Below, in pieces: positions 17,785 through 26,596 of a stretch of DNA of 32,000 nucleotides. The stretch is from Nitrososphaera viennensis EN76 (GTDB taxonomy: Archaea > Thermoproteota > Nitrososphaeria > Nitrososphaerales > Nitrososphaeraceae). The translations under genes and the position numbers were made by a program. Position 1 is the first letter of the stretch, and every line of letters begins with the position of its first letter. The stretch covers positions 2,130,001 to 2,162,000 of the forward strand of contig NZ_CP007536.1 in assembly GCF_000698785.1 (NCBI RefSeq). Direction: 5' to 3'. The notes below the pieces were generated by a model. The model saw only the letters and a program-made list of their open reading frames with translations, was not told the DNA's origin and did not search any database.

Positions 17785-18594
17785 TTGAAATCTATTGAAT
17801 ATTGCGGAAGCAAAAACTACTTTCTTGCCAAATCCAAACTGGCACCTCATTACACTTATAACGTTCAGAGGCCGGTAAAAGCGCGGTTGGCCACCATCAA
17901 GGTCTTTGCAGTCGACATCGACGGCACCCTGACGGAGAACGGGGGCGGAGCGGTGCACATGCCCGCATTGTCGAAACTGCGCTACCTTGACAAGCTCGGC
18001 TACCCTGTAATCTATGTCACCGGCAGGTCGTCGGTAGAGGCGTACGTGCTTGCGGTGTTTGGCGGCACGACAAGAGTCGCAGTGGGCGAGAACGGCGGCG
18101 CAATAACAGTGGCGCCGCAGGAGCACAAACTATTGGCAAGCCGGGAAAAGTGCATGGAGGGGTACGAGCTGTTGAGAAAGAGCCTTGACGGCGTGCAGGA
18201 AAAGCCGGTTTTCCCGCGCATGACGGAGGTCGTGATGCTTCGCACGTTTGACATCAAGGAGGGGCAGAAAATCCTCGACGAGCACGGCCTGCAGCTTTAC
18301 CTCAACGACAGCAAGTACGCGTTTCACATCAACGAAAAGGGGGTGGACAAGGCGCTCGGCCTGAAGGAGGCATTGAAAATATTGAAAGCCGGGCCGGAAG
18401 AAACAGTCGCAATAGGCGACAGCGAGACGGACATACCGATGTACGACATTTGCGGCTGCAGCATCGCGCTTGCGCACGCAGAGGATCACGTGAAAGAAAA
18501 AGCAAGGCACGTCGTTGCAGGAAGGGAAGGCACTGGCCTGATAGACGCCATCGACTATGTCGCGCAGAACTACCTGGGGGTAAAGGCGGAGTGA
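17785..18594 (+). CDS. HAD-superfamily phosphatase (archaeal phosphoglycolate/sugar phosphatase-like); true start probably TTG 17887
   Basis: Has the DxDxT motif FAVDIDGTLT and motif IV GDSETD. ATG 17785 places 38 aa in front of the nucleophile Asp and lies 12 nt from the divergent gene start. The in-frame TTG at 17887 would give MATIKVFAVDIDG. Confidence 0.8.
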   Translation: MKSIEYCGSKNYFLAKSKLAPHYTYNVQRPVKARLATIKVFAVDIDGTLTENGGGAVHMPALSKLRYLDKLGYPVIYVTGRSSVEAYVLAVFGGTTRVAVGENGGAITVAPQEHKLLASREKCMEGYELLRKSLDGVQEKPVFPRMTEVVMLRTFDIKEGQKILDEHGLQLYLNDSKYAFHINEKGVDKALGLKEALKILKAGPEETVAIGDSETDIPMYDICGCSIALAHAEDHVKEKARHVVAGREGTGLIDAIDYVAQNYLGVKAE

Positions 18595-20519
18595 CGTTTA
18601 GGAGATTCAGGCTCCAAACACATGATGCAGTTGCTGAAAGCATGGCAAAGGCAGGATACAATGCAGTGCCGTTTGACGTGTCAGAGCCTCCAAAAAAAGA
18701 GTTTGGCGACCTGACCTGCAATGTCGCGTTCCTGCTCAGCAAGCAGCTGAGGATGGCGCCTCCAAAGATAGCGCAGGAGCTCATCGAAAAGGGCATCAAG
18801 CCGTACCTTGCCGAGAATCAAGATAGGCTCAATTTCATCAAATCCGTAGAGCCGCACCCCGCCGGCTACATCAACTTTCGCTTCGATTACGCGGTGGTGG
18901 CAAAAGACACGCTTGGCTACGCGCTGGAAAAGCCAGACAGGTACGGCTATGTCGATTACGGGGCGCTGGAGCGCATCGTCATCGAGCACACGAGCGTCAA
19001 CCCGAACAAGGCGCTGCACGTCGGCCACATGCGCAACGTGATACTTGGCGACACGCTCTACCGCATAATGAGAGCGGCAAACAACAAGGTTCAGGTCTTG
19101 AATTACGTAGATGATTCGGGGCTTCAGGTCGCCGACATCATCATTGGATTCCTGTACGCAGGCTTTCCACGCGAGCCGCCGGACGGCCGCAAGTTCGACC
19201 AGTACTGCGGCGACGAGGTGTACGTCAAGGTAAACCAGATGTACGAAAAGGATCCGACGCTTGCGGAAAAGCGCAAGCTGGTGCTGCGCGAGATAGAAGA
19301 GGGCAAGTCAGAGGTTGCAAAGTTTGCCGCCGGGATAACAAAGAGGGTGCTTGACGAGCAGCTAAAGACTTGCTGGCGCATGAAGGTGCACTATGACATC
19401 CTGAACTTTGAGTCGCAGATAGTGCACTCGCAGATGTGGAACAAGGCCTTTGAGCTCTTGAAAAAAGAGCGGCTGGTAAGATTCGAGGAAGAAGGCAAGA
19501 ACAAGGGCTGCTGGGTCATCGAGGCAGGAGGCGAGGAGGACAAGGTGGTCGTGAGAAGCGACGGCACGGCGACCTACATCGCAAAGGACATCCCGTACGC
19601 CGCGTGGAAGCTGGGGCTCGTGCCTGACCCGTTCAGCTATGAAAAATATGTGCAGCAGTGGGACGGAACGACGCTGTACGCGACCACTCTTGGCAGTGGC
19701 GCGGAAGCAAGCAGGTTTGAAGGAGGCGACAGAGTGATAACGATAATCGACTCGCGGCAGGCGCGCCTCCAGCGCATCATATCGCAGGTGCTTGGGAAAA
19801 TAGGAAATGCAACAACGGAGCGCAAGCGCCATGATTACCAGCACCTCGGCTACGAGGCGGTGACTCTGAGCGCCAGCACCGCCAGGGCGCTTGGCATAGA
19901 CATCGGCGACAGGCAGTTCATGCACATGTCCGGGAGAAAGGGCATCTACGTCGGGGCGGATTTCGTGCTTGACCACCTGCGGGACAAGGCCCGGGAGGAG
20001 GTAAAGACGCGCAACCCCGAGTTTTCCGACGAGCAGGCCGGCCAGATCGCAGAAGAGATCGCTATTTCCGCAATACGCTACAACATGATAAAGCAGGACC
20101 TCGACAAGATAATCACGTTTGACATCCATGAATCAATGAGCCTGGAGGGCGACACCGGCCCGTACCTGCAATATGCGTACGCGCGCTCGCAGCGCATACT
20201 GGAAAAGTCCGGCATGGCTGTTATAGAAACAGCAGATTACGCGCTTTTGAAGGAAGAGGCAGAGATAGAGCTGGTAAAAGAAATCTCGAAAATGGACCTG
20301 GTGGTTGAAGACGCCGCCAGGTCGCTGAGCCCAAAGGCCCTTGCCCGCTATGCGTACAGCCTTGCCACCATTTTCAACTCGTTTTACGAAAAAGTGCCTG
20401 TGCTAAAGGCGCAGGACGCAGAGACGCTTGCCGCCAGGCTTGCCCTTGTCAGGGCGTCTGGAATCGCGCTAAAGAACGCGCTGTCGATACTCGGCATAAC
20501 GGCGCTCAATAAGATGTAA
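18591..20519 (+). CDS. argS: arginyl-tRNA synthetase (GTG start overlapping HAD stop as GTGA)
   Basis: Has SVNPNKALHVGHMRN (HIGH) and class I ArgRS architecture. The track ORF from 18450 adds an Arg-rich stretch that overlaps the HAD gene. GTG 18591 or ATG 18645 are the plausible starts. Confidence 0.93.
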   Translation: MTFRRFRLQTHDAVAESMAKAGYNAVPFDVSEPPKKEFGDLTCNVAFLLSKQLRMAPPKIAQELIEKGIKPYLAENQDRLNFIKSVEPHPAGYINFRFDYAVVAKDTLGYALEKPDRYGYVDYGALERIVIEHTSVNPNKALHVGHMRNVILGDTLYRIMRAANNKVQVLNYVDDSGLQVADIIIGFLYAGFPREPPDGRKFDQYCGDEVYVKVNQMYEKDPTLAEKRKLVLREIEEGKSEVAKFAAGITKRVLDEQLKTCWRMKVHYDILNFESQIVHSQMWNKAFELLKKERLVRFEEEGKNKGCWVIEAGGEEDKVVVRSDGTATYIAKDIPYAAWKLGLVPDPFSYEKYVQQWDGTTLYATTLGSGAEASRFEGGDRVITIIDSRQARLQRIISQVLGKIGNATTERKRHDYQHLGYEAVTLSASTARALGIDIGDRQFMHMSGRKGIYVGADFVLDHLRDKAREEVKTRNPEFSDEQAGQIAEEIAISAIRYNMIKQDLDKIITFDIHESMSLEGDTGPYLQYAYARSQRILEKSGMAVIETADYALLKEEAEIELVKEISKMDLVVEDAARSLSPKALARYAYSLATIFNSFYEKVPVLKAQDAETLAARLALVRASGIALKNALSILGITALNKM

Positions 20520-20739
20520 AAATCCTGCGCATAGTCGCCTCCCTTGCTAGCCTGCCCTTGTCGCCGTGGTACTGCGGCCGGGTGCGGAGGTTCTTGTTGC
20601 AGCAGGGGCATTTTGTCTCTTCCATGTTGACGAAAATGGCGCGGTCGCACGTGATGCACACCTTCATCCCCTTGGCGTACTCGATCTTTTTTACCGGGGT
20701 GTAGCGCGGGTGTTTCTTGCAGAGGCCCCTGCATGACAT
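20506..20739 (-). CDS. small Cys-rich zinc-binding protein (77 aa from ATG 20739)
   Basis: MSCRGLCKKHPRY...KVCITCDRAIF...KCPCCNKNLRTRP has CxxxC, CxxC and CxCC groups. Its 3' end overlaps the argS 3' end by 14 nt (convergent). Confidence 0.55.
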   Translation of the reverse strand: MSCRGLCKKHPRYTPVKKIEYAKGMKVCITCDRAIFVNMEETKCPCCNKNLRTRPQYHGDKGRLAREATMRRIFTSY

Positions 20740-20870
20740 GTCTATGTGACTGTGGGACAGGCAAGGCCGGCTGCCATACTTAACGTTCTGCAACCCGTGA
20801 CTAGAACAAGGTTACAGAGGCATGCTCCGTTCGGACAAAACCTGATATATTTTCTGGCGCAGGATCAGCT

Positions 20871-22079
20871 ATGGCCGGCACCAGGTTTGCAGTCTATGCT
20901 GCCATTGCCGTCGCAGCCTCCGTCGCGCTCATTGCCGTGTCGCTGTCAGTCGTGCCGGCCCTCACCACAAGCGCCCTCTCGCAGGGCGAGGAAAAAAGGG
21001 TGGTGGCGTTTGAGCAGCGCTACAATTACAGCCTCGGAAAGGAAACATGGGCTGCGCGCAGCCTGAAACTAGGCGACATCAAGCCGGACAGCTATGTAGT
21101 GATTCTGAACCCGTTCAGCACGGACATGGGCAATTTTGTACGCCAAAAGATTGCCAGCGCTGCTTCAGATAAAGTCCAGCAATTCTGGGCCAAGACCGAG
21201 CCCTACTCGCACTACAACCTAGTCAGGCTGCCAGCGTGGCTTGGCGGGCAAAAAGACGACGTTTCGTCGCTGCGGGCGTACAGCGCAATTGCCATCTCTA
21301 GCGGCTGCCTGTCCCGGTACTGGGGCGACGGCAGGTGGGCAATAGAGGACCCATGCCACGGCGACAGGTACAGGCCGTGGGACGGCTTTGCGTTTGAAGG
21401 GCCCGCCGCCGTAGGAATAACCAGCTACTCTGTCCCGGGCACTGCAGAGCCGGTCGCCCTTGCCACGCTTGCGCTTTCAGTCGACAAGGACGGATACATC
21501 ACTGCCAAAAAGCCCGACCTGTCAGCCAACGGTGCGGCAGGGCAGGGCCGCAGGCTGTCTCAAGATGAACTGTCAGAGTCAAACGCGGAAATGCTTGCCG
21601 CTGCAAGCCAGAGCGCCGGCTACGCCCTTCCCTTTCCGACAAGCGCATCTGGCAAGGCTCTTGCCACCATCAAGCCTGCGCAGGTGCAGTGGAACGTGCG
21701 CGTGACGGGCGACCTGAGGGCCTTTGCGGCGCTCTATGTCGACTATTCGACCTTCAACTATGACAGAATAGAGATAGCGGCATATCCAGTAGAGTCGTAC
21801 CCTGACCTTGCGCTTGGCGACCCGCCTGCGGATCTGGCAAAGAACATGCTCAATGCTGCGCCGTCCGAGGGCCAACACGTCAAGAGCGGGCCGGGGATAG
21901 CGGGCAGGTATGCGGTCCTGGTTGCAAACGAAGGTCCGGATCCAGGCTATGCGGAAGCAAAACTGTGGGGCAAGGGAACCGACGGGACAGACCTGTTCGT
22001 GACGATAACGGCCACCGGCATGACAATGGACGAGCTGACATCCTTGGCAAAGAGCCTCGGCCTGGGCCCAGAAGATTGA
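20871..22079 (+). CDS. membrane-anchored extracytoplasmic protein with degenerate Rieske-like segment
   Basis: Has an N-terminal TM helix (FAVYAAIAVAASVALIAVSL). SSGCLSRYWGDGRWAIEDPCHGDRYRPWDGFAFEGPA resembles bc1/b6f Rieske box II (CPCHGS.Y...G....GPA). Confidence 0.65.
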   Translation: MAGTRFAVYAAIAVAASVALIAVSLSVVPALTTSALSQGEEKRVVAFEQRYNYSLGKETWAARSLKLGDIKPDSYVVILNPFSTDMGNFVRQKIASAASDKVQQFWAKTEPYSHYNLVRLPAWLGGQKDDVSSLRAYSAIAISSGCLSRYWGDGRWAIEDPCHGDRYRPWDGFAFEGPAAVGITSYSVPGTAEPVALATLALSVDKDGYITAKKPDLSANGAAGQGRRLSQDELSESNAEMLAAASQSAGYALPFPTSASGKALATIKPAQVQWNVRVTGDLRAFAALYVDYSTFNYDRIEIAAYPVESYPDLALGDPPADLAKNMLNAAPSEGQHVKSGPGIAGRYAVLVANEGPDPGYAEAKLWGKGTDGTDLFVTITATGMTMDELTSLAKSLGLGPED

Positions 22080-22107
22080 TTTTTATCACCTCTCACTCGC
22101 TTGCTGC

Positions 22108-22944
22108 TTGTTGAAGATTCGGGAAGGCTCGTACGTACTCCTGTTCCACACGTCGCGCAAAAAGTGGCTCACCAAGGTGACGCCCGACAAGAAAATCCAC
22201 ACGCACATCGGGATCATCGACGTGGGCGCCACTATAGGCATGGAGTACGGGTCCGTGATAAGGACGACGGAAGGAAAGGTGGTCTTTCTCATCGAGCCCA
22301 CCACCCACGACTTTATCATGAAGTCAGAGCGCAGGACGCAAATAGTCTACCCAAAGGACCTCGGATTCATAGCCGCGCGCACCGGCATGAAAAACGGCTC
22401 CAAGATACTGGAGATAGGAACGGGAAGCGCGGCCGCAGCGACGTTCTTTGCAAGCATCGTCAAGCCCGAGGGCCACGTTTACAGTTTTGACGTCAACCCG
22501 GATTTCATGGAGATTGCCAAGCGCAACCTGGAAAAGGCCGGCATGGCCGACTATGTGACGCTAAACCGCCACGACCCTCACGAAGGCGTCGACGTGAGGG
22601 AGGCAGACATTGCCATAGTCGACCTCGGCGACCCCTGGACGGTGCTTGACCAGGTGCACGACGCGCTCAAGGGAAGCGGCGCGTTTGTGGCCATCTGCCC
22701 CACCATGAACCAGATCGAGAAAACGGCGACAGAATTGAAAAAGAGCGGCTATGCCGACATCGAGTCGATTGAGCTTTTGATACGCACGATGGAGGCGCGC
22801 GAGGGCATGACCCGGCCTTCGATGCGCATGATAGGGCACACCACCTACCTTGTCTTTGCCAGAAAGGTGCAGAAAAAGGCCGAGGCGCCGTCTGACGAGC
22901 CCGGAGAAGGAGAAGGGGAAGAAGGAGAAGAGGCGGGACAATAA
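22108..22944 (+). CDS. trmI: tRNA (adenine-N1)-methyltransferase TrmI/GCD14 family (TTG start)
   Basis: QIVYPKDLGFIAARTGMKNGSKILEIGTGSAAAATFFA is a SAM motif in TrmI context, followed by DLGDPW. It has an acidic EGEGEEGEE tail. Confidence 0.88.
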   Translation: MLKIREGSYVLLFHTSRKKWLTKVTPDKKIHTHIGIIDVGATIGMEYGSVIRTTEGKVVFLIEPTTHDFIMKSERRTQIVYPKDLGFIAARTGMKNGSKILEIGTGSAAAATFFASIVKPEGHVYSFDVNPDFMEIAKRNLEKAGMADYVTLNRHDPHEGVDVREADIAIVDLGDPWTVLDQVHDALKGSGAFVAICPTMNQIEKTATELKKSGYADIESIELLIRTMEAREGMTRPSMRMIGHTTYLVFARKVQKKAEAPSDEPGEGEGEEGEEAGQ

Positions 22945-22955
22945 AATGGGGCGCG

Positions 22956-23531
22956 CTAGGCCGATGACGACGGCATGTCCATGTCCATCGCAAGCGAGCC
23001 TTTGAGCATTTCCCTGAACGACGCGACATCTTCCGTGTTTATCGTGTAGGGCTCTGCGCTGACGGCCTGCTGCGGCGCGGCAGCGGCTGCTGGTGGCGTG
23101 ATTTCCAGCTTTTTCTTTTCAAGAGGAGCTTGTTGCGGCGCCTTCCTTGGGGCCCTTATCCTCCTGTCGGTCAGCGATTTCTGCTTTTTCACGCTTATCT
23201 TGACCTTGAACCCGTACCGGCCGTGGTGATCGCTCCACCTGTCGACCTCCACAATGTTCCCCATGCCCTGCAGGCGGTCGCCTTCCTGCGTCACCACCAT
23301 AAAGTCGGTCCTGTCGCCCTTTTTGATGGTGGATATCTTTTCGTAAAAGTGCTGCCAGTCAAGCGGGTTTGTCACGAGGGCCTCCACCGTGAGCAGGTCG
23401 CCCACGCTGACCTCGCTGACATAGCTTGAAAGGATCTCTATGTTGCATAACCTGGCGTACATAGAAAAGGTATCGCCCGCATTGCATTTAACATTTTTGG
23501 CAAGAAAACCTGCTAGTTTCAAAAGTGACAT
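22956..23531 (-). CDS. hypothetical protein
   Basis: 191 aa with a beta-rich N-terminal half, a Lys/Pro/Ala-rich linker and an acidic/Met tail. No motif I recognise. Confidence 0.55.
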   Translation of the reverse strand: MSLLKLAGFLAKNVKCNAGDTFSMYARLCNIEILSSYVSEVSVGDLLTVEALVTNPLDWQHFYEKISTIKKGDRTDFMVVTQEGDRLQGMGNIVEVDRWSDHHGRYGFKVKISVKKQKSLTDRRIRAPRKAPQQAPLEKKKLEITPPAAAAAPQQAVSAEPYTINTEDVASFREMLKGSLAMDMDMPSSSA

Positions 23532-23595
23532 GGTTTATTCGTATATCAATATAGATAATCTGTAAAAATTACTGTAAAATGCAAATTTTTACAAG

Positions 23596-23781
23596 CTATG
23601 GCATGGAGCGCAGTATCGGGACAAGAGTGGTGGAAGGCAGGTTGGATTCGACAAGGTAATGGTACCCTTTGTATTCGTACCAAACAAACGTCGTTATGCC
23701 GCACGCGTCACAGTATTCCCGTACGCCCGCGGCGCTTCCGTTGATGTGAGTCAGCCTCGCCGGGAAGCCTCTCTGGTTCAA
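23596..23781 (-). pseudogene. out-of-frame continuation of the upstream 489-aa gene (or independent TTG-started 61-aa ORF)
   Basis: This frame stays open upstream to 23955 without any ATG, GTG or TTG. There it reads as plausible protein: GIPYWALGSKDPAGAIKISYDKRTGEDQGDAQEEYQSSIDE. Confidence 0.35.
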
Positions 23782-23786
23782 TTCGT

Positions 23787-25256
23787 CTATGCTGGATTGG
23801 TACTCTTCTTGCGCATCGCCTTGGTCTTCGCCGGTCCGCTTGTCGTACGATATCTTGATGGCTCCGGCTGGATCTTTAGAGCCGAGTGCCCAGTAGGGTA
23901 TCCCTGAAAGTCGTGATCCCAGTATACAAAAACGCCTTCTTCCTGCCTGCCCTGTTCAAACGCGCAATGATACCCGGCGGGCAGCATTGACGGCTCTTTG
24001 ACAGAACCACTTTCCTGGCCTGGCATGCTGTTGTTGCAGAGCGAACCTGCCTTTGCATTTTCAAGGGTGTTTGTCTCTGACTCTGAAGAGTAGATTATCC
24101 TGCCCGTGTTGGCGCCCACAAGATAATACGCGGCATCGTCGTATCCTGCGCTTTTGTCCTTCTTTACGAGCACCTGCACGGCGTACGCCAGCCTGTCCGC
24201 GTTGTTATCTTGCAGATCCAGCTTGCTGTACTCTGGGTAGCAGGCCAGGCTTGCCGGGTCGCACCTGCCAAGGACCCTGTTTTCGCCATTGTCTATCACT
24301 ATGCGGGCCCCGCTGGGCGCAAAATAGTACAGCATGACTGGGAATTTCTTTGACAGCGGGTAGTCTGCTACCTGTGCGCCCGGGTTTCTGGCAAGGATGT
24401 CTTTTGCCACAATGCCTGCCGCGTCTTTTTCTGACAGTATGGGCTTGAGCTCGGAGACAGAGGGAGGCATGCTGGGCATGACCACGACGGTTCCTGTCAT
24501 CCACGGGCCCGGCTCGCCGTGGTATCCGAATTCTCCTGCCCTTGTGAAAGTGAATTCAAACGAGTCTCTGGGCTGCAGCAAACGCGGCCCGTCCTTGGAA
24601 TTGGTGGCTGCGTAGAAATCGGGGTCATGGTCGTTGTCTGCCGCTATGCCATGCGGCACCTCGTCTTCGTTTGTCCACCGCACCGTGTTGTTCATGCCCA
24701 GGAACACCCTGACTGTCTTGGGGTCGTACGTCTTGCCGGACGATTGCACCGACGAGTCCTTCAGAATTCTTACGTCAACGACCTGCGGGAACACCTCCAT
24801 CGTCCTGCTGGTCTTCAGGGTGTCATACTCTGCCGATATCCTGTAAAGCCCTGCCTCCCTGATTATCACGGGGCTTGGGCCGATGCTCTGGTTGTTGTTG
24901 TCGACATATTTCCCGCCCAGCGCCCAGTTGATGTCAACCGGGCGGCTTTGTTCAGGGTCAGTGACGCACAGCACTATGGCATTTCCAGAGTCCCAGATCA
25001 CCTCGGAAGTATTTGCGTTTTTTATGGCGACATGCGGATAAGCGCATGACAAAGTCGTGCCTGTGACTCTTACAGTGATGTCCAGCGCCTGATCTATCCG
25101 GGGCTTTGGCGGGACCTCTATGCTGATTTCTGTGATGTGTGTTTTTTCTGCGGACAGGGAAGGCGAAAAGAAAAGGCCAAAGAGCACGACAAGGGCTATG
25201 CCGGCGGCAAGACCTGCGATGACCGGAATAGTCGTCGCCCCTCCCTCCTCCGCCAT
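23787..25256 (-). CDS. membrane-anchored protein with cupredoxin-like domain lacking the Cys ligand
   Basis: Has an N-terminal TM helix. TVRVFLGMNNTVRWTNEDEVPHGIAAD...SFEFTFTRAGEFGYHGEPGPWMTGTVVV parallels the plastocyanin-like pattern (V.W.N.D..PH......F.F...G.Y.Y.C..H..M.G...V). Confidence 0.7.
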   Translation of the reverse strand: MAEEGGATTIPVIAGLAAGIALVVLFGLFFSPSLSAEKTHITEISIEVPPKPRIDQALDITVRVTGTTLSCAYPHVAIKNANTSEVIWDSGNAIVLCVTDPEQSRPVDINWALGGKYVDNNNQSIGPSPVIIREAGLYRISAEYDTLKTSRTMEVFPQVVDVRILKDSSVQSSGKTYDPKTVRVFLGMNNTVRWTNEDEVPHGIAADNDHDPDFYAATNSKDGPRLLQPRDSFEFTFTRAGEFGYHGEPGPWMTGTVVVMPSMPPSVSELKPILSEKDAAGIVAKDILARNPGAQVADYPLSKKFPVMLYYFAPSGARIVIDNGENRVLGRCDPASLACYPEYSKLDLQDNNADRLAYAVQVLVKKDKSAGYDDAAYYLVGANTGRIIYSSESETNTLENAKAGSLCNNSMPGQESGSVKEPSMLPAGYHCAFEQGRQEEGVFVYWDHDFQGYPTGHSALKIQPEPSRYRTTSGPAKTKAMRKKSTNPA

Positions 25257-25504
25257 GTATGTATACGCCTTTTTCCTCTAGGAAGGCTCTTTTGAAGTTT
25301 TATCCAAACGGCCAGAGTTTCTGGACTGGAGGTTCTGATCGATACGCCCGGAGATGGCGACTCAATTTGGGTCCACTGGACTCGCAAAAGGCTGACACGT
25401 TAGCTTCTCAAGTGCTGCTAATCGCGCGGAGGCCATTTCAATATATAGAAGAATTCTTCGTAAAAAGTTTATCCGTCAAATATTGACTTTAGAGGTTAGC
25501 CCAG

Positions 25505-26596
25505 TTAGGAATAGTCTCCCACAATAGAAAACCCTGTGGGTAGTGGATTTTTGGGAGTGATATTTTTGGTTACTCTTACTCTGTGTTGATAGTCCAAGAT
25601 GTTCCCTTTTCTTTCATAGTATTCTGCCGCTAGAACGGTAGCCGTAATTGATGTATTTCTCGCCAGTTCCTCTCTCAATGATTCATCGAGGTTCAATAGG
25701 TCATCAGATGACGCTCTTTTTTCCAGACCATTCATGTGCACATACAGTATTGCCGGACGTGTCCCACTGAATTGACCACGTTTTTTCTTGACGGAGTTAA
25801 CTATTTTTCCAATACGATCATTCATAGTGCCAGAATCGAATCCCAATACTCTTGGATTCTCACAGAAGTTGGCCGTAAAGATATTTTCTGAATCAAGCTT
25901 CATATTCATAACCAAGTGGTCATATTCATCGAGGACAACTTGCGGTAATCCTGAAACAGGTACTTTTTGATCCTTCCATGATACTATCTGCAGCTTGATA
26001 GTTGTACCATTATCGTAATGAAATTCTCCCTCTTTTTTGCTCTTGAGTAGTTTCTGCATTTCATTTTTTATATGTTCTACATCTTGATCGGTTGGATCGC
26101 TCCGGGTAACTATGTGTACGAAGTAATTAAGACCAACATATTCCATTAGGCTAACCGCAGCTCTCGCCACATTATTCCACTTGTCAATATTCTCTCTGTC
26201 TCTGTCAGTTTTTCTATCCTTCTTGGTACATTCGACTTCTATGTCATCAACCAGTAGATCATAGGTTCTCTTTCCTTCTTGCGGTGTAGTTTTGACAAAT
26301 TGTATATTATTCCCTCTTTCTGCATAAGCGGCCGCCACTTGAATTTCAAAATAGGTCTTCTCGAAAAGATCTTTCTTAGGAGATCTTAGTTCCAGTATCT
26401 TTTCCTTCAGTCCTTCTACTTTCTTATCTTCAAGTATTTTAATGCGTTCGCCCAAGTATGCCGTTCTTAGCGCCGCTTCATCTATGTCTAATATTCTGTT
26501 CTGCAAGCTTTTCTGAATCTGATTTTCAGTTTGATAGACTAGATAGGCCAGCGGATGCCACGTTTCCTCAACGCCTAACAATCCAAGATTACGCAA
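25505..26596 (-). CDS. orphan hypothetical protein, AT-rich; N-terminus probably extends to ATG 26705 across an A8 frameshift
   Basis: 363-aa TTG-started track ORF. FEIQVAAAYAERG...YDLLVDDIEVECTKK is loosely PD-(D/E)xK-like. See the findings for the frameshift. Confidence 0.65.
   Translation of the reverse strand: MRNLGLLGVEETWHPLAYLVYQTENQIQKSLQNRILDIDEAALRTAYLGERIKILEDKKVEGLKEKILELRSPKKDLFEKTYFEIQVAAAYAERGNNIQFVKTTPQEGKRTYDLLVDDIEVECTKKDRKTDRDRENIDKWNNVARAAVSLMEYVGLNYFVHIVTRSDPTDQDVEHIKNEMQKLLKSKKEGEFHYDNGTTIKLQIVSWKDQKVPVSGLPQVVLDEYDHLVMNMKLDSENIFTANFCENPRVLGFDSGTMNDRIGKIVNSVKKKRGQFSGTRPAILYVHMNGLEKRASSDDLLNLDESLREELARNTSITATVLAAEYYERKGNILDYQHRVRVTKNITPKNPLPTGFSIVGDYS

Noticed and set aside
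18450-18590. N-terminal 47-codon extension of argS from ATG 18450
   Set aside because: It overlaps the HAD gene in another frame and reads as Arg-rich nonsense (MRLQHRACARRGSRERKSKARR...). The ArgRS-like sequence begins near GTG 18591.
19362-20129. 255-aa minus-strand ORF inside argS
   Set aside because: It is antisense to a confidently identified aminoacyl-tRNA synthetase, and its translation has no motifs.
22956-23531. Possible CdvA (third Cdv component) because of beta-rich N-terminus and flexible tail
   Set aside because: It has no long coiled-coil segment and no PRC-barrel-like signature I can see. It is 9 kb from the cdvB/C genes. The assignment is not supportable from sequence alone.
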